From assembly GCF_046119375.1 (NCBI RefSeq), contig NW_027362763.1, positions 711,264,001 through 711,328,000 on the forward strand: 64,000 bases of DNA. Direction: 5' to 3'. Origin of the DNA: Phyllobates terribilis. Taxonomy: Eukaryota. A program made the position numbers and the translations under genes. The notes beneath the pieces were generated by a model. It was not told the origin of the DNA. It saw nothing but the letters and a program-made list of their open reading frames with translations, and ran no database searches. This document shows, in pieces, positions 35,095 through 47,451 of the stretch. Each line of letters opens with the position of its first letter. Within the stretch, counting starts at the first letter, position 1.

Positions 35095-37830
35095 GTACCT
35101 CTGGGTTCAAAATGTTCACTATACACCTTAATAAAATCTTTGAGGGGTATAGTTTCCAAAATGGGGACACTTGTGGAGGAGCTCCACTGTTTAGGCACAT
35201 CACGGGCTCTCCAAACGCGACATGGTGTCCGCTAACAAATTGAATGGAAAATCGGCTCAAATTGTTAGCGGACGCCATGTTGCGTTTGGAGAGCCCCTGT
35301 GTGCCCAAACATTGGAGCTCCCCCACAAGTGACCCCATTTTGGAAACTAGACCCCCCAAGGCACCTATCTAGATGCATAGTGAGCACTTAGAACCCCCAG
35401 GTGCTTCACAAATTGATTCGTAAAAATGAAAAAGTGAAAATAAAACACTTTTTCATTTTTATGAATCAATTTGTGAAGCACCTGGGGTTCCAAGTGCTCA
35501 CTATGAATCTAGATAGGTGCCTTGGGGGGTCTAGTTTCCAAAATGGGGTCACTTGTGGGGGAGCTGCAATGTTTGGGCACACAGGGACTCTCTAAATGCA
35601 ACATGGTATCCGCTAACAAATTGAATGGAAAATCGGCTCAAATTGTTAGCGGACACCACATTGCGTTTGGAGAGCCCCTCTGTGCCCAAACTTTGGAGCT
35701 CCCCCACAAGTGACCCCATTTTGGAAACTAGACCCCCCAAGGCACCTTTCTAGATGCATAGTGAGCACTTGGAACCCCCAGGTGCTTCACAAATTGATTC
35801 GTAAAAATGAAAAAGTGAAAAAAAAAACACTTTTTCATTTTTATGAATCAATTTGTGAAGCACCTGGGGTTCCAAGTGCTCACTATGAATCTAGATAGGT
35901 GCCCTGGGGGGTCTAGTTTCCAAAATGGGGCCACTTGTGGGGGAGCTCCAATGTTTGGGCACACAGGGACTCTCCAAATGCAACATGATATCCGCTAACA
36001 AATTGTCGGCTCAAATTGTTAGCGGATATCATGTTGCATTTGGAGAGTCCCTGTGTGCCCAAACATTGGAGCTCCTCCACAAGTGACCCCATTTTGGAAA
36101 CTAGACCCCCCAAGGCACCTATCTAGATGCATAGTGAGCACTTGGAACCCCTAGGTGCTTCACAAATTAATTCGTAAAAATGAAAAAGTGTTTTTTTTTT
36201 CACTTTTTCATTATTACGAATCAATTTGTGAAGCACCTGGGGGTTCCAAGTGCTCACTATGCATCTAGAAAGGTGCCTTGGGGGGTCTAGTTTCCAAAAT
36301 GGGGTCACTTGTGGGGGAGCTCCAAAGTTTGGGCACAGAGGGGCTCTCCAAACGCAATGTGGCGTCCGCTAACAATTTGAGCCGATTTTCCATTCAATTT
36401 GTTAGCGGATACCATGTTGCATTTAGAGAGTCCCTGTGTGCCCAAACATTGGAGCTCCCCCACAAGTGACCCCATTTTGGAAACTAGACCCCCCAAGGCA
36501 CCTATCTAGATGCATAGTGAGCACTTGGAACCCCTAGGTGCTTCACAAATTGATTCGTAAAAATGAAAAAGTGTTTTTTTTTTCACTTTTTCATTATTAC
36601 GAATCAATTTGTGAAGCACCTGGGGGTTCCAAGTGCTCACTATGCATCTAGAAAGGTGCCTTGGGGGGTCTAGTTTCCAAAATGGGGTCACTTGTGGGGG
36701 AGCTCCAAAGTTTGGGCACAGAGAAGCTCTCCAAACGCAATGTGGTGTCCGCTAACAATTTGAGCCGATTTTCCATTCAATTTGTTAGCGGATACCATGT
36801 TGCATTTAGAGAGTCCCTGTGTGCCCAAACATTGGAGCTCTCCCACAAATGACCCCATTTTGGAAACTAGACCCCCCAAGGCACCTATCTAGATGCATAG
36901 TGAGCAGTTGGAACCCCCAGGTGCTTCACAAATTGATTCATAAAAATGAAAAAGTGTTTTTTTTTTCACTTTTTCATTGTTACGAATCAATTTGTGAAGC
37001 ACCTGGGGGTTCCAAGTGCTCACTATGCATCTAGATAGGTGCCTTGGGGGGTCTAGTTTCCAAAATGGGGTCACTTGTGGGGGAGCTCCAATGTTTGGGC
37101 ACACAGCAGCTCTCCAAACGCAACATGGTGTCGCTAACAATTTGAGCCAATTTTGCGTTAAATTTGTTAGCGGACACCATGTTGCATTTAGAGAGCCGCT
37201 GTGTGCCCAAATATTGGAGCTCCCCCACAAGTGACCCCATTTTGGAAACTAGACCCCCCAAGGCACCTATCTAGATGCATAGTGAGCACTTGGAACCCTC
37301 AGGTGCTTCACAAATTGATTCATACAAATGAAAAAGTGGTTTTTTTTTCACTTTTTCATTGTTACGAATCAATTTGTGAAGCACCTGGGGGTTCCAAGTG
37401 CTCACTATGCATCTAGATAGGTGCCTTGGGGGGTCTAGTTTCCAAAATGGGGTCACTTGTGGGGGAGCTCCAATGTTTGGGCACACAGGGACTCTCTAAA
37501 TGCAACATGGTGTCCTCTAACAAATTTAACGGAAAATCGGCTCAAATTGTTAGCGACACCATGTTGCGTTTGGAGAGCCGCTGTGTGCCCAAACATTGGA
37601 GCTCCCCCACAAGTGACCCCATTTTGGAAACTAGACCCCCCAAGGCACCTATCTAGATGCATAGTGAGCACTTGGAACCCCCAGGTGCTTCACAAATTGA
37701 TTCGTAACAATGAAAAAGTGAAAAAAAAAACACTTTTTCATTTTTATGAATCAATTTGTGAAGCACCTGGGGGAGCTCCAAAGTTTGGGCACACATGGGC
37801 TCTCCAAACACAACATGGCGTCCGCTAATT
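35095..37830. repeat. Array of alternating inverted arms (about 190 bp; about 380 bp period), i.e. a palindromic satellite
   Basis: CAAGTGACCCCATTTTGGAAACTAGACCCCCCAAGGCACC and its reverse complement alternate about 14 times. The many small ORFs here are artefacts. Confidence 0.95.
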
Positions 37831-38869
37831 ATTCAAGCAAATTTTACAATCAAAAAGTCAAATAGCGCTCCTTCCCTTCCGAGCCCTGCCGTGCGCCCAA
37901 ACAGTATTTTTTCCCCAAATATTGGGTATCTGCGTGCCCAGGGGAAATTGCACAACAAATTTTGGGGTCCATTTTTTCTTGTTACCCCTGTGAAAATAAA
38001 AAAAATTGGGTCTAAATTAACATTTTTGTGAAAAAAGTTAAATGTTCATTTTTTTCTTCCACATTCAAAAAATTCCTGTGAAGCACCTGAAGGGTTAATA
38101 AAGTTCTTGAATGTGGTTTTGAGCACCTTGAGGGGTGCAGTTTTTAGAATGGTGTCACTTTTGGGTATTTTCTGTCATAAAGACCTCTCAAAGTGACTTC
38201 AAATGTGATGTGGTCCCTAAAAAAATGGTTTTGTAAATTTTGTTGGAAAAATGAGAAATCGCTGGTCAACTTTTAACCCTTATAGCTCCCTAACAAAAAA
38301 AAATTTTGGTTCCAAAATTGTGCTGATGTAAAGTAGACATGTGGGAAATGTGGGAAATGTTATTTATTAACTCTTTTGTGTGACATATCGCTCTAATTTC
38401 AGGGCTTAAAAATTCAAATTTTGAAAATTGCAAAATTTTCAAAATTTTCGCCAAATTTCCGTTTTTTTCACAAATAAACGCAAGTGATATCGAAGAAATT
38501 TTTCCACAATCATGAAGTACAATATGTCACGAAAAAACAATCTCAGAATCAGGGGGATCCGTTGAAGCGTTCGAGAGTAATTACCTCATAAATTGACAGT
38601 GGTCAGAATTGTAAAAATTGGCCCGGTCATTAACGTGCAAACCACCCACGGGGCTTAAGGGGTTAAAAACTAGAAATGAGCTGATGCAAGAGTTTTGGCA
38701 CCCTTGGAGATTTGTGTGCTCAGATAACTTTGACCAAGGTTTCAGACCTTAATTAGCCTGTTAGGGCTATGCTTTTTCACTGTCATCGTTAGGAAAGGCC
38801 AGGTGATGCAAATTTCCCAGCTTTATGAAAACCCAGCCTCGTCTAACCTTGTGTTAAAAAACAGAAGCC

Positions 38870-39888
38870 ATGGGTTCTTCTCTGCAGCTGCCTATCACTC
38901 TGAAAATAAAAATGACGGAGGCCCACAAAGCAGGAGAAGGCAATAAGAAGATAGTAAAGCATTTTCAAGTTGCCCTTTTCTCAGCTCAAAATGTAATTAA
39001 GAAATGGTAGCTACCAGGAACAGTGGAGGTCAAAATAAGGTTTGGAAGACCAAGCAAAATTTCAGTGAGAGCTGTTCATGGGATTGCTAGAGAGGCAAAT
39101 CAAAACCCTCGCTTGACTGCAAAGACCTTCAGTAACATTTAGCAGACTCTAGAGTTGTGGTACATTGTTCTACTGTTCGGAGACACCTGCACAATTATGG
39201 CCTTCTTGGAAGAGTCATCAGAAGAAAACCTCTCTAGTGTCCTCATCATAAAATTCAGCATCAGAAGTATGCAAAAGGACATCTAAACAAGCCTGATGCA
39301 TTTTGGAAACAAGTCTTGTGGACTGATGAGGATAAAATAGAACTCTTTGGCCATAATGATCAAAGGTATGTGTGGAGAAAAAAGGGCACAGAATTTCAGG
39401 TAAAGAACATCTCGCCAACAATTAAGCATGGTAGTGGATCAATCATGCTTTGGGGTTATGTTGCAACCAATGGAAAGGGGGAATATTTCATGGTTCGAGG
39501 GCAGAATGAAATTTCAACAAATTCTTGATGCAAACATAACATCATCTGTAAAAGCTCAAGTTGAAAACAGGATGGCATCTACAAATGAATAATGATCCTA
39601 AACACACGTTAAAATAGACAATAGACTACCTCAAAAGATGCAAGCTGAAGGTTTTACAATGGTCCTCACAGTCCCCTGATCTGAACATCATGAACATCAG
39701 TGAAAATCTGTGGCCAGACCTCAAAATAGCAGTGGATGCAAGACGACCCGGAATTTCACAGGACTAGAAGAATTTTCAAAAGAAGAATGGATGAAAATTC
39801 CTCAAACAAAAATTGAAAGACTCTTGGCTGGCTACAAAAAGTGTTTACAAGTTCTGATACTTTCAAAAAGGGTGATACTAGGTACTAA
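38870..39888 (+). pseudogene. Tc1 transposase pseudogene
   Basis: Broken frames give WTDEDKIELFG, TIKHGSGSIMLWG, NNDPKH and SPDLNI..ENLW (Tc1 DDE motifs). Confidence 0.9.
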
Positions 39889-39957
39889 CCATGCAGAGTG
39901 CCCAAAGTTTTGCATTGGCCCACTTTCTTTTTGTAATTTTTGAAATATAAAAAATGA

Positions 39958-40470
39958 CTATATACCGTATTTTTCCGACCATAAGACTCACTTTCCCCTC
40001 CCCAAATGGGTGGTGCGTCTTATGGTCCGAAACTAACTTACTGGTGGTGGTGGAGTGGGATCGCAGGGCCATTAGGAAGGTGGCATTTCTTCTGCGGTGT
40101 TGCTATCAGTGTGTCAAGAGTGGGAGAAGAGGGTTGCATTGACAATCCAACACAATGGGTAGCACTTTGAACAAATTTTATAAGTGTTCATAAACTTGTA
40201 AAAAACTCATGAAAGAATAAAGTTACGTTAAAACCAAGCACACCATTGTTTTTCTTATTAAATTCTCAATAAGTTTGATGTGTCACATGACCCTCTTCCC
40301 ATTGAAAAAAATAAAGTTGGATCCAAAATGGCCAACTTCAAAATGGCCGCCATGGTCACCACCCATCTGGAAGAGTTTTCCCCCTCCCATATACTAATGT
40401 GCCACAAGTTGATATCACCAACCATTCCCATTTAATTTAGGTGTATCCATATAAATGGCCCACCCTTTAT
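39958..40470. mobile_element. Fragments of other TA-targeting Tc1/mariner-type elements inside the Tc1 right IR
   Basis: TATACCGTATTTTTCCGACCATAAGAC at the start and TIR-like AGGTGTATCCATATAAATGGCCCACCCTTTA at the end. Family assignment is from recall. Confidence 0.45.
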
Positions 40471-40723
40471 TTTACCTTAAATGCAAAAGAAATGTGACAT
40501 CTTTAATTGTAGGCGTTTTAGAGATAATTTCATATTGAACCTGCCTCTTTACAATAACAGTAACTTTGACCAGAGGTGCCAAAACTTTTACATGCCACTG
40601 TAATCCTTTCCGTCTGAACTATCCTGTACGAAAATGGTCATAATGGAAAAGTTCCTAATTTTATGTTTGCGTCATTAATATATTAAATATATCTTTCTAT
40701 CTCTGTGCCTTCATGTTAGTTAT

Positions 40724-40726
40724 ATA

Positions 40727-40766
<40 letters not shown>
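40724..40766. repeat. (TA)n microsatellite
   Basis: Direct reading. Confidence 0.95.
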
Positions 40767-40772
<6 letters not shown>

Positions 40773-41211
40773 AACATACAGTATATACATATATATTTTA
40801 TTATGCTATAAAATGCACTTTCATACACAAACGCGCTGCACTCATCTTTTTTTAATGTGGCAAGCATTCCTCGTATGCTGCATGAATCACCTCTTGTTCA
40901 GAGAATTCCTCACTTGCTCATATTTTCACACCTATGAATAACGCTATTCATTAAATGGAAAGAGCTTGTTTGATATTATACCCAATACATTTTTTTGGGG
41001 GGGGATATTAGAAGAAAATAACGACCTCACACTATCAATATATAGTCTTATAATGCTGTTAAAACCAAGTCCAGAGAGGATTACATCCACCCAGAATTCA
41101 CTTGCATGTCAAACATATTGGCTAGATTTAAAAAGAAAAAAACTGAATGATAAAATTTTCCATACACATTGACTAGAATATCTCTTAAACTAATACACAA
41201 ATTGAACTCAC

Positions 41212-41296
41212 AGACACACACACACACACACACACTTACAGACACACAATCAATCAATCTGTCTGTCTATCTATCTATCCATGCATCCATCTATCT
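41212..41296. repeat. Compound (CA)n/(TCAA)n/(TCTA)n microsatellite
   Basis: Direct reading. Confidence 0.9.
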
Positions 41297-41310
41297 ATTA
41301 ATTCAGTGAA

Positions 41311-41495
41311 CACAGATTTTCCATTACTGAGATAGGAGATGACAGTTGGTGCTTATAAAGTTCTATGGAGAACTGTTACTGCTGTTTAAGGTAAACTTGC
41401 AGAAGAATGTCTGTGTCTGCTGCTGCCTCCTCCCTCCCCATAGAATTTTAATAGCACAAACTGTCATCTCCTATCTCAGTAATGTGACAATCTGT
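41311..41495. mobile_element. Hairpin core of a MITE
   Basis: CATTACTGAGATAGGAGATGACAGTT..TTCTATGG is inverted against CCATAGAA..AACTGTCATCTCCTATCTCAGTAATG. Confidence 0.6.
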
Positions 41496-42789
41496 TTTAA
41501 CTGAAAACAGAGTTTGCCCATGAATTGAGAGTGAAAATCAAACCAGGAGGTAAAAGAAGCAGATTTCTCTGATGAGATATATTACAAAGTTACTCATTTT
41601 CATGAGTACTATTGATGTATGAAATAAAAATGAAAAAGACGATTCATTTTTAATTTCAGGTGGGTTAATTAAATTCTGGGGTCGCCTTTTTAGAGTCTTG
41701 AGTTTAACTCTCTCTAAATGTTTGGTCGAAAATCATAATTTGGAAAGTCATATCTAAAAGCCTCCAAACATGTCAAACTCCCGTTCTGAACTCTGAACAA
41801 CTGAGCAAGGAAGATGGTCCATAATCCCAGAATTCGATGCAGATTACCTATATATTGTAGGTGTAGATAGACAAGTTGGAAACAAAATGAAACCAGAATA
41901 GCAAAATTGGAAGATGCCCAGGGTCACCACCAGTTAGGATACTCAGGTGGCCTTTACCTTCCAGTTCCATTCAACTATTCCAAAATACTCCCAGCAACCA
42001 GCATCTTTAATGATTTAAAATTGTAACTCTATTCTCCTTGTTTGCAGCTTTAATCTTCCTGCACTGTTAGCTAGAAAAGGTAATCCATTGGTGTGATTTT
42101 ATTGTCATAGGACAGCACATAGGAGATGATAGAGTGAGCCCTCTAACCTGGTCAACATATCTTTACAACTGTAGACTTGGATCCTAATTATAGTTCTTTA
42201 TTCTGCGAGTCCATTCTGATTATGACGGTGCCTCATTTATGTAGTTTTTATATGTTTTACTAATTTAAAAAACTAAAAAAAGTAATCTACTGTTTAGATT
42301 TAGGCTAGAATTACATGGTTGCTTGGCTATTGAAATCATTGCACAGCTGAAAATCGCATATAGCAAGTACGCAACATAGGAATATAATGAAAGCGCAAAT
42401 TGGTGCGAATGTGACCCTTGAATCCCAGCAAGAATTCTTGTCACTTGGGTTTTCAAGGTGGCAACACAATCACTAAGACATTTATTATGTTTAGATGATA
42501 GGATCGTTATATTGAGAACTATGCCTGGGCAAGAATAATTTAGATGGTCAAAGAATCTGTGTAACTGCATCCTTAAAGGGGTTTTCCATCTTTATTTTTC
42601 ATTAATAAACACAACACAATACATGGTAGTACTCCTCACACAACTGCCAGATCCTGCAATGAACTCCCTGGATGTCCTCTCTGCTGGCATTTGTGATTGC
42701 TAGTAATAGCAACAGGATTACCTGGGTGTTGTCACTTCTGCTAGGACCTCTCCTAGCTCTCTCTCCATGTCAAATTAATCCCTGTATTA

Positions 42790-43414
42790 AGCCCCCGTCT
42801 CACATAGCGAGATCGCTAGCGAGATCGCTGCTGTGTCACTGTTTTGGTGACGCAACAGCGACCTCACCAGCGATGTCGCTATGTGTGACACTTTGCAATG
42901 ATCAGGCCCGTGCTGTGAGGTCGCTGATCGCTGCAAAGTGTCCTGGACCATATTTTGGTCGTTGCTCTCCCGCTGGTCAGCACACATCGCTGTGTGTGAC
43001 CATTGGGAGCAGCGATCAGGCTGGTAACCATGATAAACATCAGGTTACTAGGGGCACACGTGCACCTAGTAACCCGTTGTTTATCATGGTTATGAGCCTG
43101 CTAAAGTGAGCGGTAACCTCCCGCTCACTGTAGCAGAGTGGTAACCATGATAAACAACGGGTTACTAGGTGCGTGTGTGCCCCTAGTAACCCGATGTTTA
43201 CCATAGTTACCAGCCTGCTCCTGCTTCAGCAGGCTCGTAACCAGGAGCAGGACATCGTGGAAAGATTCTTTCCACGATGTCGCTGCTCCCCTGATCGTTG
43301 GTGAGCCTGCCTGTTTGACAGCTCACCAGCGACCACATAGCGACGCAGCAACGATCCCTGACAGGTTGTATAGTTTTCGGGATCGTTGCAGCATCGCCAA
43401 GTGTGACGGGGCCT
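42790..43414. mobile_element. PIF/Harbinger-type MITE with nested internal palindromes
   Basis: TIRs AGCCCCCGTCTCAC and (reverse complement) AGGCCCCGTCACAC. 3-bp TSD TTA on both sides. Confidence 0.82.
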
Positions 43415-43429
43415 TTACTCCCAGATTAC

Positions 43430-43794
43430 TACTCTCATATTCTTCAGTGCTGCAGTTTATTCAACATTTTACTGGATGGATTATTTGTCCTATGTTTTAT
43501 TACTTTCTCTCCCTATCTCTTTTGTTGAGCTGTGAGCTTTGACACCCTCTCACTATCCAGACTCACCGTAAAATGGCTGCTGTATTCCCTACTTTGGCTT
43601 TTATAAAGGCTATGATAGTACACTCCTGAGGTCTTATCAGCCTTCTGTGACTGATGCAATGTTCTGCAATGTGTAAAATAGTGGGGGTTGGGGAGGTGCG
43701 TTTTGGTGATTTGCTACAATCGAATCGCAAACTGTTCATATTCATTAGGACCTGTGAATTTCATAACATTTGAACTCAAATTTGATCATCTCTA
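43430..43794. mobile_element. Right half of a non-autonomous hAT element related to 30961-31986
   Basis: Shares CCTATCTCT..GAGCTGTGAGCT.TGAC..CCTCTCA.T.TCCAGA.TCACC.TAA.ATGGCTGCT with 31695-31765. Ends GATCATCTCTA. Confidence 0.6.
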
Positions 43795-45032
43795 CCTTAA
43801 AGTGTTTGAAAATACAATAAGCTGATCCCAGTTTCCTAAAAACAGACTCTGACTGTCCTTAATCAGATGTTTTTATTAACCGTTCAAAGGAGATCTTAAT
43901 GGGAAATTCAAAGTGAGTTTTCCTCCCTTGTTGGAGTTTTGAAATTTGAAAATTGGAAAAAAAAGACATACAATTTCTGGAACCTAAAAAGTAAAAAAAA
44001 AAAAGTTATAGTTTTTTGGACAGTACAGGCAAAAAAAAAAACAAAAAAAAATTTTGACATTTTTTTCTGGTCAATAATCCCAGAATGGTTTCAGAGGGAA
44101 GGGGTTAATATAATCTTTTTGACTATAACAAAATCACCCAAGAACAGTTAAGCAAAACTTACAGAACGCGCTCGTAAATCAAAGTCATTCAAAGCTGGAA
44201 AATTCCTTTAAGTGTTTAGCTGAGCTCCATTTACAACTTAAATCACACACTATCATACTCAATGACTTCATAAATCAGAGCTGCACAAGTAAAATAATTA
44301 CACAAGTTTTAATCAATGACTAAAATTGCTATTAATTTATACACCGGCTTGTTGTATGGAAAGGGTCATTGGAGACGTATAGTAAATACCAAAAAAACTG
44401 TGTAACTTATTGTTTCTATTTTATATTTTGTTATTTCATATTCAAGTGTAAAATCTTTTGTGGTTTTTCCTTACAGTGGTGTCTTTATTCTTGTGATATG
44501 TCTTTAATAACTAATTCTGCTTGTCAATGTGCCAAGATAGATTTCCTACAGGCAGACTTAAAAGTGATTTTGTCCCATTCCCTGCATGGATTGAAATGAT
44601 CTCAGAACAGCAAACATTAAACTTCCCTCTAGACCATTGGATTTTCTGAAGTGTTATAATAACACTAAAAGGATAACAATATTTAAATATATATTATATA
44701 AAAATGTATGATCAACATCATAAAAATCTTGAGCGCGGGATAACATCTGCTTCCTAACGTGGTGAAATGCAGATTATTTCAATTATTGTGTTTATTTATA
44801 TATAGATTTCGAATTTGCAATAAATTTGACCCCAAATTTTAAATTGTGGGGAATTTTTCAAATTGTGCTTAAATTTGTGGGGTTTTGGAGGCTTGGCTAG
44901 CTTGAATGAAAGGGTCCTGGTAAACAGCCTAACCCTTCAGCTGTGACTCGTGAATTTTCATAATGTGGAATGGTTAGTTAAAATGTGTTTGTGAGAATAT
45001 ATCATTGTATGTGTGCTAGTTTTCTGCCTTAA

Positions 45033-45316
45033 AGAGGTTGTCCACTAGAATTGAAGACCTATACTTAGGATAGGTCATCAATGTCTGATCGGCGGTTATT
45101 GGTGTCGGTGGCCGCCGGCCGGAAGTACTCACTTGCGGAGCTTCTCCATCTTCTGATAGTGGCTGAGGCTTGGTACTGCACTTCTGCCTCCTATCCAAAT
45201 CAATAGCTGATTAACAGCTGATTGATGGGAGTGCCAGGTGTCGGACCCCAACCAATCAGACATTAATGACCTATCTTGAGGATAGGTCATCGATGCTAAA
45301 GTAGCGGACAACCTCT
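45033..45316. mobile_element. TTAA-targeting (T2/Kolobok-like) MITE, 284 bp
   Basis: TTAA|AGAGGTTGTCC ... GGACAACCTCT|TTAA. Same internal GACCTATC..GGATAGGTC motif as 31160-31551. Confidence 0.88.
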
Positions 45317-45532
45317 TTAAAATTAGGCTGCAAAATTTTGCACAAGTCACATATGAACATGAATTTTGTTCCCTTTTTTAATTTTTTGCCATCCTTTCCA
45401 CTTTTCTAAAAAGGGGTAAAGCTTAGAAGAGGGAATTACTATAATAAAATCATCAAGAGGAAAAGGAAGGTGGCTATACAACAGTGGTTGTGCCGGGACC
45501 TTTCTTTTCTCTTGACATTTTGCTGCGCTCAC

Positions 45533-45680
45533 CAGCTGGATCGACACTCGTCCTTTCATGGATCAGTGCTTCCTCGTCTTGATGCAGGCGTGGTGAGCTC
45601 CTTTTTCTCTTTTTTATAATAAAATTATCATGTTCAGTCTTCGGGTGACTTCCGCTAGGAAGCCGCTCACTAGTTATAGA
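45533..45680 (-). other. Candidate internal coding exon (148 nt), unidentified
   Basis: Acceptor ATCTTTTTTATAAACTTTAG, donor G|GTGAGC. The frame is open throughout: SITSERLPSGSHPKTEHDNFIIKKRKRSSPRLHQDEEALIHERTSVDPA. CpG is retained. Confidence 0.35.
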
Positions 45681-46725
45681 CTAAAGTTTATAAAAAAGAT
45701 GGTGGCAGCTGAGCCACCGCATAAATGACGGCGAGGCTGCCACTTCAGGAAAAAGACTGCCGGTTTCTTCCTGATACGTGGCGGGATGGCTTTTACATTA
45801 TTTTGATCAAAATTATGTTAACTAAATACCCTTTATTATTTATTATTATTTTTGCACTGTGCGATCTATCCATTTACTTCCAGTTATTTGGGTATTTTTC
45901 TTGTTTTTGGTTTTTCTCTGTTTAATGGCCTTGTGTGAACCTCCATTTATATTTTGCATGCACATCAATTTACGTTTCAGTCCAGACCTCCAGGTTTTTT
46001 CTTTGCGGTTTCTTCCTGATGTGGCTTATCTTTAAGAAAACCCCAAAGTGTGCCAACATCTAAAAAATGTTGTGTGCACATACCCTTAGGGCATAACTTA
46101 GGTAAGCCCCAACAAATGTCTGCACATTTTACACCTAGAATGTAATATCATATCATATAGCTATATGGAATATCGTTACAAGTAAAAAGAAAAGAATACA
46201 TAAAGCAAAGTCTAATGCAGTAATTTATTTTGTAAATATTTTTAAAGTAAAAATTGATTTCATAATAAAAAAATATAGATATTAGCTAATTCTCCAACTA
46301 GTAATAACGAGCACAGTGAAGGATTTATTCTAAATTATTTTATTATTCTAGCTTGTAAATGGAGTAAAAACAAATGAAAGAACTGTTACGTGACTGCATT
46401 TTTTATGCATTCTGTTATATTAAAAATCAACAAATTATGGAACCTAAACTAATTTTTAAAAGTTCTTCAACTTTGAGTCTCCGAAAGGTTTTGCTGACTT
46501 AAAAATTAAATTTGACATCTGATTAAGTGCTAGGAGACAAAAACTTTCTGTGATTTGGTGCTGATAGGCACCCTGTAGGATGGGTGAAAACTTTGAGATC
46601 GGTGGTTATGGCTGCTGGGTATTCCATCCATTTGAAAACCAGAGTCTAAAATGCCATCTTCAGAATGGAGAAGTGACCATCATTTAATTTATTGTCTATG
46701 GAACTGCCAGAAAAAAGCCAAGCAC

Positions 46726-47451
46726 TATATTATTATTTATTATTATAGCGCCATTAATTCCATGGCGCTTTACATGTTTAAAAGGGGTATACATAGCAAA
46801 AACAATTACAATAATTTATTATTATTTATTATTATTAATTTATTATTATAGCGCCATTTATTCCATGGCACCTTACATGTAAAGGGGATATACATAGCAC
46901 AAACAGTTACAGTAAATTTTGAACAATACAAGTCGGCGACTAGTACAGGAGGAGCGAGGACCCTGCCCGCGAGGGCTCACAGTCTACAGGGGATAGGTGA
47001 GGATACAGTAGGTGCTGGCTGTGCAGCAGTATGGTGGAGCGGTGGTTACTGCAGGTTGTAGGCTTATCGGACAAGGTGGGTCTTCAGGTTCCTTTTGAAG
47101 GTTTCGAAGGTAGGCGAGAGTCTGATATGTTGGGGTAGAGAGTTTTACAGAGTAGGGGGGATGAGCGGGAGAAATCTTGTATACGATTGTGGGAAGAGGA
47201 GATAAGAGGAGAGCAGAGAAGGAGATCTTGTGAGGATCGGAGGTTACGTGTAGGTAAGTACTGGGAGACTAGGTCAGAGATATATGGAGGAGACAGGTTG
47301 TAGATGGCTTTGTATTCCATGGTTAGGGTTTTGAACTGGAGTCTCTGGGCAATAGGGAGCCAGTGAAGGGATTAACAGAGAGGAGAGGCCAGGGAATAGC
47401 GGGGAGGACAGGTGGATTAGTCGGGCAGCAGAGTTTAGGATAGCTTGGAGG
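46726..47451 (-). mobile_element. L2/CR1-group LINE 3' end with a duplicated tail
   Basis: Homologous to 30084-30600 (YKAIYNLSPPYISDLVSQYLPTRNLRSSQDLLL). The 3' end occurs twice (about 46726-46810 and from 46815). Confidence 0.88.

Larger units (their letters stand above)
33105..38662. mobile_element. Non-autonomous piggyBac-like element (5558 bp) inserted in Tc1
   Basis: TTAA|CCCCTTAA ... TTAAGGGG|TTAA. The Tc1 left IR resumes immediately after it. No transposase ORF. Superfamily inferred from the TTAA TSD and CCC ends. Confidence 0.85.
32935..40600 (+). mobile_element. Tc1 transposon (IR/DR type) carrying nested insertions
   Basis: TA flanks. Ends (T/C)AGTG(T/G)CATGTAAAAGTTT(G/T)GGCACC at both termini, with inner direct repeats near 38692 and 39897. 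Confidence 0.9.

Noticed and set aside
35095-37830. CRISPR-like regular repeats and about 25 small ORFs
   Set aside because: The spacers are not unique but two recurring types, there are no cas genes, and the context is eukaryotic. The ORFs are translations of the repeat.
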